From Macrostomum lignano (Eukaryota): DNA of 64,000 bases. The translations under genes and the position numbers were made by a program. The stretch's first letter is position 1, and each line of letters starts with the position of its first letter. Shown here in pieces: positions 11,092-23,668 of the stretch. The stretch lies in assembly GCA_002269645.1 (NCBI GenBank), contig NIVC01001239.1, positions 184,764 through 248,763 on the forward strand, in the 5' to 3' direction. Under the pieces are notes generated by a model, which ran no database searches, was not told the origin of the DNA, and saw nothing but the letters and a program-made list of their open reading frames with translations.

Positions 11092-14000
11092 TCAATCAAA
11101 CGCATCGAACAGAGGAAAAGCTGCCAGCTCCGGCGAGGCCAGATCCGCATAGAAACAAGCCGTCCCGGCCCAGCCTTCGAACAGCGAATAGGGACAGTCG
11201 GGCCGTCTGGCGCCTTGACGAAACTCGTCGGAGTCCAGCATGAACTGGGCAAACTGCCGAGCTCTGTGCAGGTATCTACTGTTCGAGCTGCTACTGTTAG
11301 CCACTAGGAGCAGACGGTGCAGCAACAAGAAGGCGTAGCCGCTGCCAGCAACTCCGTGACAAATGCCGGGGCCTTTGCGGAGCAGACCGCGCTGCCAAAC
11401 CGCATTGTCTGCACTGGCCTGGACAGCCTACAAGGTGTTGCACAGTTTTTTTACATAAATATAACTGGAGATGCTTCATCTTAACAATCTTAACGCCAGA
11501 AGTTTTTGAGCAGTTTTTGAGACATCTCTAAACAGCTGACGTTCCTGAAAGCAGCTAAAGATGCAATAAATGCAGTTGAAACCTAAGCGGCTTTTTTGTA
11601 TCATTGTGCGTCAAATCTTGGCGAAACTTCTGCAGGTCACAGATGCTCAGCATTATAAATGGAGCTGAGATGTTGGAATTTCATTTTTATTTCATTCGAC
11701 TGATACCTGCTGCCATCCTGGTTTTCGAACTCGCTTAATTAGCTTCAGGTATTGAGTTTGTCGCAACCGGTGAGAGACATTGCTGCCCATTCCGCCGACT
11801 CCCCCGAGCAAGCACAGGCACACACTCACACAGGAGTGTACAGCGGTCCTAACTTTATTTATCGTTCGGCATGTACACTTCACTGCGCCTTGGGGGGTTG
11901 GCCCTCCTAAGCGCGTTAATTGCACGAGCAGAGCCAAGCCGCAGTTCCAATTTAGCCCCAAATGAATGTAGGCAGATTCTCACCTGCAGATAGCGACTGC
12001 CGCCCCAGACCCGATGCGCCCTGGCGTACAGGTGCACCAGGCCAGGAGATCCGTGACACCAGTGCACCAGTTCGCTCACGTTCGCCTCATCCAACGTAGG
12101 GCCAACATTGCCGTCTCCGTTCGCGGCGCCAACAGAGATCAGCCAGTCGACGCTGGCTTGGACAGAGCCGCCCGGGCTCAGATGGGGTCCCGGCCAGGCT
12201 AGCAGGGCGAACAGCACTCCGCCGAGGCCGTGAGCGGAGCCCAGATACTCGGAACGATGGTAGCGATAGCGCAATGGAGGTGGCGGTATTTGAGATGCGG
12301 CTGGCCAGCTTCTGGCTGCGGGAGATGGGATTTCATTGTTTTGATGATGCCGATAAAATGCTGCGTGCGACGGTCGGATAGTAGGAATAGGATTATTGGA
12401 TTAGGTGGGTGAATCGGGACTGGTGGGGGTGGGTGAATGTGGTCTGGGTGTGTGGGTGAATCGGGACTGTTTGGGTGGGTGAATCGGGACTGTTTGGGTG
12501 GGTGAATCGGGACTGGTTGGGTGGGTGAATCGGGCATGGTTGGGGTGGGTGAATCGGGACTGTTTGGGTGGGTGAATCGGGACTGGTTGGGTGGGTGAAT
12601 CGGGCATGGTTGGGTGGGTGAATCGGGACTGTTTGGGTGGGTGAATCGGGACTGTTTGGGTGGGTGAATCGGGCATGGTTGGGGTGGGTGAATCGGGACT
12701 GTTTGGGTGGGTGAATCGGGACTGGTTGGGTGGGTGAATCGGGCATGGTTGGGGTGGTGAATGTGGTCTGGGTGTGTGGGTGAATCGGGACTGTTTGGGT
12801 GGGTGAATCGGGACTGTTTGGGTGGGTGAATCGGGACTGGTTGGGTGGGTGAATGTGGTCTGGGTGTGTGGGTGAATCGGGACTGTTTGGGTGGGTGAAT
12901 CGGGACTGTTTGGGTGGGTGAATCGGGACTGTTTGGGTGGGTGAATCGGGCATGGTTGGGGTGGGTGAATCGGGACTGTTTGGGTGGGTGAATCGGGACT
13001 GGTTGGGTGGGTGAATCGGGCATGGTTGGGGTGGTGAATGTGGTCTGGGTGTGTGGGTGAATCGGGACTGTTTGGGTGGGTGAATCGGGACTGTTTGGGT
13101 GGGTGAATCGGGACTGGTTGGGTGGGTGAATGTGGTCTGGGTGTGTGGGTGAATCGGGACTGTTTGGGTGGGTGAATCGGGACTGTTTGGGTGGGTGAAT
13201 CGGGCATGGTTGGGGTGGTGAATGTGGTCTGGGTGTGTGGGTGAATGTGAATGTATACTGGTTAGGGTGAGTGAATCGGGCATGATTGGAAGGTGTGAAT
13301 CACACTTTGGTGATTTTGTGAACTATAGCTAATTAAGCAACGGACTGTCTGGGAACACTTCAAAAAACTTCATCATTATCAGCATGCAAAACTTGCCCCC
13401 AGCCAGTCCAGAGTTCACGGTAGACTGAATCAGGGCCTCGGCTAGGTTGCGAGCTCGTCCGGCGAGGTCTGCGCACTCGGACACGGGGCCGAGTTGCAGC
13501 AGCCGGCGCAGACCCAGCAGACAGCCGGCCCGGCCAACGAACAGCTCGTCCGAGCCGAAGCCCAACGGGTCGCCAGGCAGAGGCAGGCGCCGCGAGCACT
13601 CGGCCACGAATTTGTCGGCCTGTTTGACGCATTCGGCCGCCTGGTTTCGGACTGCGGCGATCTGCGGTGACAAAAAGTAAAAAATCCTGAAGATCTGACA
13701 ACAATGTCAGCAAGATCTGACAACAATGTCAGTAAGATCTGACAATAATGTCAGTAAGATCTGACAAAAATGTCAGTAAGATCTGACAACACTGTCAGTA
13801 AGATCTGACAATACTGTCAGTAAGATCTGACAATAATGTCAGTAAGATCTGACAATAATGTCAGTAAGAACTGACAACAATGTCAGTAAGATCTGACAAC
13901 AATGTCAGTAAGATCTGACAACACTGTCAGTAAGATCTGACAACACTGTCAGTAAGATCTGACAACACTGTCAGTAAGATTTGACAATGTCAGTAGGATG

Positions 14001-14971
14001 TGACGTTGTCAGCAAGATCTGACAACAATGTCAGCAAGATCTGACAACAATGTCAGCAAGATCTGACAACAATGTCAGCAAGATCTGACAACAATGTCAG
14101 CAAGATCTGACAACAATGTCAGCAAGATCTGACAACAATGTCAGCAAGATCTGACAACAATGTCAGCAAGATCTGACAACAATGTCAGCAAGATCTGACA
14201 ACAATGTCAGCAAGATCTGACAACAATGTCAGCAAGATCTGACAACAATGTCAGCAAGATCTGACAACAATGTCAGCAAGATCTGACAACAATGTCAGCA
14301 AGATCTGACAACAATGTCAGCAAGATCTGACAACAATGTCAGCAAGATCTGACAACAATGTCAGCAAGATCTGACAACAATGTCAGCAAGATCTGACAAC
14401 AATGTCAGCAAGATCTGACAACAATGTCAGCAAGATCTGACAACACTGTCAGTAGGATGTGACAACACTGTCGGTAACACCAGACTTGTACATCATGAAA
14501 TCTAGCATCATATAAAACTGCTGTCACCTCAGCGGCCAACATGAAGCATCCAGCAGCTCCAAGAATCATGGAGTCCCTCGGCTCCGCCGCAGGTGACACC
14601 CCAGCCTCAATATCTTGCACAGTTCGATCGCTAATCTGCCCAGCGGTTGTCAACAGCCAGTCCCGATCGCTCGGTTGGAGCAGCGGCCCGGCGGAGCGCA
14701 GCACGTGCAAACAGGCGTAGCCAATGCCGGGACTGCCAACGTAAAGCCCGCCATCCTGATTGGCTGACTCGCCGATTGGCTGACGCTGAGCACAGTTGCG
14801 CAATAATCGGATTGCTAGTTTAGCGTATTCGCTTGGCTGTTGCTGCTGAGCAGTAGGCTGCGCTTCAGGCGGAAGGCGGTTCGCGAAATAGCGACCCACG
14901 GTTGGGTACGCGCGACTGGCTGCTGAGGACTGGATGTGGTTGGCGATAGCTTCATCTATGATTATGCACAT
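11092..14971 (-). CDS. LANCL3: LanC-like protein 3, 4 exons (14971-14528, 13661-13397, 12315-11984, 11427-11092), about 458 aa
   Basis: Motifs YFANRL, GGLYVGSPG, GSDELFVGRAG, YLGSAHGL, LVHWCHGSPG, WQRGLLRKGPGICHG and YSLFEGWAG match human LANCL3. Exon phases are consistent if intron 2 uses a GC donor. The start codon is uncertain. Confidence 0.92.
11772..11965 (-). mobile_element. Internal fragment of the same SINE family, in LANCL3 intron 3
   Basis: Shares CACACAGGAGTGTACAGCGG...CATGTACACTTCACTGCGCCTTGGGGGGTTGG with 507-870. Head and tail are missing. Confidence 0.85.
12405..13265. repeat. 23-24-bp G-rich minisatellite (GGGTGGGTGAATCGGGACTGTTT)n in LANCL3 intron 2
   Basis: Directly visible. 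Same family as 15045-15555. Confidence 0.95.
13690..14470. repeat. 22-bp hairpin-unit minisatellite (TGTCAGCAAGATCTGACAACAA)n in LANCL3 intron 1
   Basis: About 35 units, each with a TGTCAG/CTGACA inverted pair. No variable spacers. Confidence 0.95.
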
Positions 14972-15044
14972 AGATACGATGATGCGAAAATGAGTACTGT
15001 TTCATTGACAACAATGCACAGTGGAATTAAGCAACGGCTGCAGT

Positions 15045-15555
15045 TGTGGGTGAATCGATGATGCTTGCGGTGGGTGAATCGGGACTGATTGGGGTGGGTG
15101 AATCAGGACTGGTTGGGGTGGGTGAATCGGGACTGGTTGGGGTGGGTGAATCGAGATTGAGTGGGGTGGGTGAATCGGGACTGGTTGGGGTGGGTGAATC
15201 GGGACCGGTTGGGGTGGGTGAATCGGGACTGGTTGGGGTGGGTGAATAGGGACTGGTGGGGTGGGTGAATCGGGACTGGTTGGGGTGGGTGAATCAGGAC
15301 TGGTTGGGGTGGGTGAATCGGGACTGGTTGGGGTGGGTGAATCGGGACTGGTGGGGGTGGGTGAATCGGGACTGGTTGGGGTGGGTGAATCGGGACTGGT
15401 TGGGGTGGGTGAATCGGGACTGGTTGGGGGGTGGGTGAATCGGGACTGGTGGGGTGGGTGAATCGGGACTGGTGGGGTGGGTGAATCGGGACTGGTGGGG
15501 GTGGGTGAATCGGGACTGGTTGGGGTGGGTGAATAGGGACTGGTTGGGGTGGGCG
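15045..15555. repeat. 24-bp G-rich minisatellite (GGGGTGGGTGAATCGGGACTGGTT)n upstream of LANCL3
   Basis: Directly visible. Same family as the intron 2 array. Confidence 0.95.
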
Positions 15556-16702
15556 AACTAAAGCTAGGAGAAGCGTACAGAAATGAAGGAGTCCAGTGTC
15601 ACATAGCTTTGTTTTTCCAGGCAAGACAAATTAATTTAGATGAACTTTGCCCAAATATACAGGCATAGCATTCAAATATAATATGTATAATATTTATATA
15701 TAAATATATAATATGTATGACAAGAGATAATTTTCAATCGCCTCGATTCTGGCAGTTGTGGCAAATTCGAGGTGAGAAAAACAAAACTGAAACTAATTAA
15801 TAAATTAAATTATTACAAACACACACCTAAGTGGAGTAGGACATCCCAAACAGTATAAAACAAGCAATTAAGTAGAAATTTAAGCAAATTGAATTTTATA
15901 AGACAGAACAGCAGCGATTTGTAATTGCTTCATCACTTTAACAAAAGAACGCAACTAAAAAAAAAACAAAACTGCAGAAATCGAATGAAATAAAAACACA
16001 CGAATGACTGAGAAGCCTGCGAGAGGATTAATAAGGGATTGAAAAGATTTTATTAGTCAATAAAAAAGCGGTGTGAATCAGACAATTTCTGCCATAAAAA
16101 CACGGAAATTACCGTAAGTGTTCGCTGAAAAAAGCATTTGACATATTTAAGAGTTATTATGATACAAAAGGGGGCATTGTGTTTACACAAGCTGCAGTTC
16201 ACACAGTTCACAACTTACACATGCATGCAACATAATTATGTACCGGATCTCGAAGTCGCAAAGCATAAAAAACTTGTCACAATATTCATTGATGCTTGAT
16301 TAATAAAATATTATTGCTTGTTAATTACTTTATTTTCTACGATTACAAAACTAAGTTCATGATAATGAAAAATGATAGGCCGAGCAATTAAACAAATAAC
16401 AATTAAATTCCTATATTAAATTTCATCATCAGTAAAGGTGAAATTCGTTAACCAAAATCTAAATTCCAGGGTGCATTATAAAAGTTTAGCAGAGGGCAAT
16501 TATTAAAACCAAATAAATGCAATGAATTGCTGTGCCATAAAACTACTACTAACTATGAGGGCAGCGTGCGAAGATATAATTATACCGATACGGCTAATTA
16601 GATAGCCATTAATTAATTGGGCTATCTATACATTCTGCGACACCTATGCTTATGTTCCTGGTTTATGAAGTACTGCATGTTGATATTTAAGCTGTCTTGT
16701 TG

Positions 16703-17303
<601 letters not shown>

Positions 17304-17899
17304 AGATAAAGTTAGCTAAAACACAGGATTAGCTGAGCTAATTGAAAGGCCAGCGTTAATTCAGAGAACAGACAATAGTACAGTTTCAAGCCATTCTTAG
17401 CGGGCACAGACGGACTAGATGCTGATCAGCCGTATCCTCATACTACTATTATTACTAAAAAAGTTTATTTCGCCCGATGATAAAAGCAAAAATTGAATTA
17501 CTATAAAAAGATTAGATTACAAGAAAAAAACGATTTCAATCGAATTAAAAAAGTAGCGCTAATTTAAAAGCCACGTATTTAAAATTCGAAAAGAATAAAG
17601 CCTAAAATTATTTTCTACAGAGTGAGGGCTGGAAACAGTTTGTGATCAGCTCCTTCGGTAAGCTGTTAAATGAAGATAAAATGATGAGAAAAAAGCAACA
17701 GACAATTGTAAAACGAGCGCAAAGCTGTTAAAGCCAAATTTTGTCATGAACTGGGGTCAGCAAGAATATTATTCTTCAGTTTAAGCGACTAATAAGCTAA
17801 TTAATGAAATAATAAACATAATCAACAATTGCAGACAATACATATTACGGTACCTTTATACCTTTGTTGATTGCATCCTGACCAAGAGGCCTTCAGAGG

Positions 17900-19430
17900 A
17901 GTGCCAGTCAGGGAGATTTATAGAGAGATTGATGAAAGTCAGGGAGGGTAACAGTCTTGACTGAGTGACAGTAGTGACGATGACATTCAGGAGTGACAGT
18001 CAGGGAGGGTGACATAGTGAGGGAGGGTGACAGAGTCAGGGAGGGTTACAGAATCAGGGAAAATGACAGAGTCAGGGAGGGTTACAGAATCAGGGAAAAT
18101 GACAGAGTCAGGGAGGGTGACAGAGTCAGGGAGATTTATAGAGAGATTGATGAAAGTCAGGGAGGGTAACAGTCCTGAGTGACAGTCAGTGACGATGACA
18201 TTCAGGAGTGACAGTCAGGGAGGGTGACAGAGTCAGGGAGGGTGACAGAGTCAGGGAGGGTGACAGAATCAGGGAAAATGACAGAGTCAGGGAGGGTGAC
18301 AGAGTCAGGGAGATTTATAGAGAGATTGATGAAAGTCAGGGAGGGTAACAGTCCTGACTGAGTGACAGTCAGTGACGATGACATTCAGGAGTGACAGTCA
18401 GGGAGGGTGACAGAGTCAGGGAGGGTGACAGAGTCAGGGAGGGTGACAGAATCAGGGAGGGTGACAAAATCAGGAAAAATGACAGAGTCAGGGAGGGTGA
18501 CAGAGTCAAGGAGGGTGACAGAATCAGGGAGGGTGACAGAATCAGGGAGGGTGACAGAATCAGGGAAAATGACAGAGTCAGGGAGGGTGACAGAGTCAGG
18601 GAGGGGGACAGAATCAGGGAGGGTGACAGAATCAGGGAAAATGACAGAGTCAGGGAGGGTGACAGAGTCAAGGAGGGTGACAGAGTCAAGGAGGGTGACA
18701 GAATCAGGGAAAATGACAGAGTCAGGGAGGGTGACAGAGTCAAGGAGGGTGACAGAATCAGGGAAAATGACAGAGTCAGGGAGGGTGACAGAGTCAGGGA
18801 GGGTGACAGAGTCAAGGAGGGTGACAGAATCAGGGAAAATGACAGAGACAGGGAGGGTGACAGAGTCAAGGAGGGTGACAGAGTCAAGGAGGGTGACAGA
18901 ATCAGGGAAAATGACAGAGTCAGGGAGGGTGACAGAGTCAGGGAGGGTGACAGAGTCAAGGAGGGTGACAGAATCAGGGAAAATGACAGAGACAGGGAGG
19001 GTGACAGAATCAGGGAAAATGACAGAGTCAGGGAGGGTGACAGAGTCAAGGAGGGTGACAGAGTCAGGAAGGGTGACAGAGTCAAGGAGGGTGACAGAAT
19101 CAGGGAAAATGACAGAGACAGGGAGGGTGACAAAACAGGGAAAATAACAGAGTCAGGGAAGGTGACAGAGTCAGGGAGGGTGGCAGAGTCAGGGAGGGTG
19201 GCAGAGTCAGGGAGGGTGGCAGAGTCAGGGAGGGTGGCAGAGTCAGGGAGGGTGGCAGAGTCAGGGAGGGTGACAGAGTCAGGGAGGGTGGCAGAGTAGG
19301 GGAGGGTGACAGAGTAGGGGAGTGTGACTGATAGTCAGGGAGTGACAGTCAGTGAGGATGACATTCAAGAGTGCCAGTCAGGGAGTGACAGCTAAGGACG
19401 GTGTGGCGGTCAAAAAGTGACAGGCAGTGA
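17900..19430. repeat. 18-bp minisatellite (GACAGAGTCAGGGAGGGT)n with a larger block repeated three times at its left end
   Basis: The block GGGAGATTTATAGAGAGATTGATGAAAGTCAGG recurs at about 17911, 18131 and 18309. Confidence 0.95.
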
Positions 19431-19589
19431 GGGTGACAAACAAACAAACAAAGCACGATAAACCCAAACATAACAGCAACTATACAAACCCTCTAAAAGT
19501 TAGCTGAGCAGGCGGGTAACTAATAATATATTTACACAGCGGGTTGGGCAATTCAGTCAATAATTAGATAATTTATAAACATTTATAGC

Positions 19590-22500
19590 TTAGTCCAGCA
19601 TGCCCAGCGGGGTCCCGGGTTTACTCCGACAAGACCCCATACTGCCTGCCGGGCTGTGGGTCACCGACATTGGCGGCATGACGCCGGAAGTGGAGCAGGG
19701 CGGCCCAACCGGCTGCTGAGGCGGCATCGGCCCCTGATGGTACATCTGCATTGGCATCGACATTGGCGGCGGCGGCGGCTGATGATGATGATGCTGATGA
19801 TGAGGCATCGGCGGCGGCGGCATCATCATTGGCTGCTGATGCTGCATCGAATGAGGTGGAGGTGGCGGGCCGCCGTGAGGCTGGCCGTATTTAATCATGC
19901 CGCCAGCCGATGAATAGGGCGGATGCTGCGGGGGAGGGTAGTAGCCGCCGCCGCCGCCGCCGTACATCGGGCCGCCGCCGTTCATACCGACGCGGCCGGG
20001 ATCGTACTGGGCGTTCTCCAGCCGGGTGATGCACCTCTCGTCGGCCTCGGCTGCTGCGGCTGCCGCAGCTGCTGCTGCCGCCGCTGCCGCTGCTGCCGCC
20101 GCCGCGGAGTTGCTGCCACCGCCGCCCGGGCCCATCGGTGGAGGCGGCCCGTAGCCGCAGCCGCCACCCCCACCGCCGCCGCCGCCACCGACGCCGCCCA
20201 TAAGCGACGGTTCGAGCACCACCATGACGTCGTTAGACCCGGGGCCCGACGCTGAGGCGGCTGCGGCGGTGGCGGCGGCGCCTTTCGCCGTCGACTTCTT
20301 GCCGCCGCCTCCACGACCGCCGCCTCCGCCAGTCGCAGCGGCGCCGCTATCGGCCGCTTTCCGCTTCTTCTTCGGCTTCGCCTTGGAGGCTGGCGCGGCG
20401 CCGCCGGTTGCCGAATTTGCCGTCGAACCTCCGTTGGCCGCCGTTGAAGTCGCTGTTGCCGAAGTTGGACAACCCGACGAAGAGGCGGCGGAGACGCCTG
20501 ATGCCGGATCGACTCCGTTGCCAGCCGCGCAGCTTTTCTGCCACTTATGATACAAGGCGCTCTGCAGGCATTGCCTGGGCGGCTGGCCCAGCTGCTTCTG
20601 CAGCGTCATCAGCTCCTGCATTGGCTGCAGAATCACTGCTAGCCTACTGAAATTCACTAGCTCATTGGATAGACCCACTCTGGTCATTGGCGACTTCACA
20701 GCGGCGTCCGCGGCTGGGGCGGCGGTGAGTACGCATCGGGGCACCAGCTCCCGGTGCTGCTTGACCTCCATGCTCCACAGGTGAATCCGCATGTCGTCCA
20801 GGAAGAACTCGATGATCAGGCTGATCTCCGTGAGGATCTTAATTGGGTGGCAATTGGGGAGTTTTTTAATTGTTAAATGACTATTAGCGATATGATTAAT
20901 GACCTCTAAATGACCTTTAAAATCAGTGAAGCTTAATTCCCCATAATGACTTCCGGATCCTTAGTGACCCGTAATGGCCTTGCAATCCCACTGATTTCTT
21001 AATGACCCGGGATGACCTTGCAATCCCACTGATTTCTTAATGACCCGGGATGACCTTGCAATCCCACTGATTTCTTAATGACCCGGGATGACCTTGTGAT
21101 TCCCACTGATTTCTTAATGACCCGGGATGACCTTGCAATCCCACTGATTTCTTAATGACCCGGGATGACCTTGCAATCTTTATTTTATTAGAGGCAGGGG
21201 GGTTGTGTGCACCCTGGCGCACTTTAAGCGACATTGGCACACAACCGACGAGAGGCATTACTGCCCATTCCGCCGACTCCCCTGAGCAGGCATACAAGCG
21301 CGCGGATACGTACGCAGGCACACACTCACACAGGAGTGTACAGCGGCCCTAACTTTATATTAACATTAGGCATGTACACTTCACTGCGCCTTGGGGGTTG
21401 GCTCTCAAGGCCGTTAATTGCACGAGCAGAGCCAAGCCGAGATTCCAATTCAGCCCCAATTAATGTGACTGCACTTGGAATCGAGCCTGGGTCGCTGGCA
21501 CACCAGAGCCTGCGCTAGACCGCTGGGCTACGGCCCCCCTGACCTTGCAATCTTACTGATTTCTTAATGACCCGGGATGGCCTTGCAATCCCACTGATTT
21601 CTTAATGACCGGAAATGGCCTTGCAATCCACTGATTTCTTAATGACCCGGGATGACCTTGCAATCCCACTGATTTCTTAATGACCCGGGATGACCTTGCA
21701 ATCCCACTGATTTCTTAATGACCCGGGATGACCTTGCAATCCCACTGATTTCTTAATGACCCGGGATGACCTTGCAATCCCACTGATTTCTTAATGACCC
21801 GGGATGACCTTGCAGTCCCACTGATTTCTTAATGACCCGGGATGACCTTGCAGTCCCACTGATTTCTTAATGACCCGGGATGACCTTGCAATCCCACTGA
21901 TTTCTTAATGACCCGGGATGACCTTGCAATCCCACTGATCCTTAGTGAACCGGAATGACCCTAAAAAGCATCTAGATAGGTCTCATTTTGTTGTTTTGAA
22001 GTTCTACCAATAACTAAGCATGACCCGCAGAAACAGCCTCAAGCATAGTCACCTTGCACATGACGGGCTGGCAGCGGCAATAGGTGGTCACAAGCTCGGC
22101 AGACGGACTCGTCACAATCAGCAGGTGAGAAGGAGGCGGCGGCGGGCCAGGAGGATGCGGCCTGGGCGGCGCGGACACCAGTACCTCCTGGGAGGAGCGC
22201 AGGCGCACGAAAGCTTCATCGCAGTTGCGCAACAGACTGTGAAAGAAGCGAGGAATGAGCGACCGGCCATAACTGTAGAGTCGGGGCGCCTGGTCCTCGG
22301 GCAGGGCGAAGGAGACCTGTCGGTGGAAGCAGGCACAGAATTAATGATAATAAATTTCATAGGATGACTGCGGCCAATTCTGCTCATTTCGCTGAGCCTT
22401 GAGCACATACATGTGCACTCATTCACACGCCATGTACACTTTCTGTAGCCTTGGGGATTGGCCCAAATTTATTAAAAAACTGACACAAGCTATAATGCAA

Positions 22501-22687
22501 ACTGCCCTAGAGGTTTCAGATTGGCTTCTTAAATAAGCTTGAATTCTCTGTTCGTGCATAAGATGTTAACTAAATTGTTACGCCAATTTTTTAGATTAAA
22601 AATAAACATGGACAGACAGACAGGCGGGCAGGCAGACAGACACTAAGACAGACAGACACTAAGACAGACGGACAGACAGACACTAAG

Positions 22688-22742
<55 letters not shown>

Positions 22743-22777
22743 GGCGGGCGGGCAGACAGACAGACAGGCGGGCAGGC

Positions 22778-22822
<45 letters not shown>

Positions 22823-22833
22823 GGCGGGCAGGC

Positions 22834-22866
<33 letters not shown>

Positions 22867-22993
22867 GGCGGGCAGACAGACAGACACTAAGACAGACAGA
22901 CGAACAGACAGACAGGCGGGCAGACAGACGGGCGGGCAGACAGACGGGCGGGCAGACAGACAGACAGACAGACAGACAGACAGGCGGGCGGGC

Positions 22994-23038
<45 letters not shown>

Positions 23039-23586
23039 GGCGGGGAGACAGACAGCCACTAAGACACATGGTTAAGCAAAGACAAAATCATCATTACCTG
23101 AACAGTGGCTGCATCGTCAAAGAACTCGCAAGCGAAGGCATCCCACCACATCATCGAGGTGTCCCTGGGCCGCTGCGACAGTCGCCTGTTGATCTCGTGA
23201 ATTCTCAGATCGCCACTCTGCGGCAGAGGCGGAGGCGGCGGCGGCTGGCGCATCATAGGATGATGGGGATGGTGAGGATGCTGCTGATGATACAGCGGTC
23301 CCATGGGATGCTGGTGAGGGTGATGAGGATGGGGAGGTGGCGGCGCCGGCCCCAATTGATGATGATGATGATGATGAGGCGGCGGCGGCAGCTGGTGATG
23401 CGGATTAGGAGCTATAGAGACGTTTGGCGGCGGGCCGCCGCGGTAGTAACAGGCCGAGGAAGAGTTCGGTGGTGGCAGCGGCGGCGGAGGCGGCGGCGGA
23501 GGCGGTGCCTGCTGTTGTTGAGCTGCTTGGACCGCCAACTGGGGCTCGGGTGTCGCCACAGACTGCCGACTGCCGGGTCTGGACGA
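19590..23586 (-). CDS. LDB1: LIM-domain-binding protein (LDB1/Chip-like); exons about 23586-23098, 22316-22053, 20837-19590
   Basis: Dimerisation domain (LRIHEINRRL..WWDAFACEFFDD; YGRSLIPRFF; DDMRIHLWS..QHRELVPR; RLAVILQPMQELM..LYHKWQK), basic NLS (KPKKKRK) and LID (DVMVVLEPSLMGG...DERCITRLENAQYD). All junctions are phase 0 GT-AG. The 5' end is unresolved (no in-frame ATG). Confidence 0.9.
20960..21950. repeat. 38-bp minisatellite (ATGACCCGGGATGACCTTGCAATCCCACTGATTTCTTA)n in an LDB intron, interrupted by a SINE
   Basis: Units are present on both sides of 21181-21540. Confidence 0.95.
21181..21540 (-). mobile_element. tRNA-derived SINE, full length, with 14-bp TSD
   Basis: Near-identical to 507-870. 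TSD GACCTTGCAATCTT at 21167-21180 and 21541-21554. Confidence 0.92.
22611..23060. repeat. (GACA/GGCA/GGGC)n compound microsatellite in an LDB intron
   Basis: Directly visible. Confidence 0.95.
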
Positions 23587-23668
23587 CTGGCGAGACAGGA
23601 ATAGCGGGCGAGTGTTGCTTCAATGGGACTGAAGTGGACCGTTTAGCTACTGGGTCTTCGGCTTCTTT

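Noticed and set aside
13690-14470. CRISPR-like array of palindromic repeats
   Set aside because: There are no unique spacers or cas genes, and it lies in a eukaryotic intron.
11092-14971. Bacterial lanthipeptide cyclase or RiPP cluster
   Set aside because: It is a spliced eukaryotic LANCL3, with no LanB, precursor peptide or transporter.
18369-19299. DRVREG / TESGRV repeat ORFs
   Set aside because: These are translations of an 18-bp minisatellite that is open in several frames.
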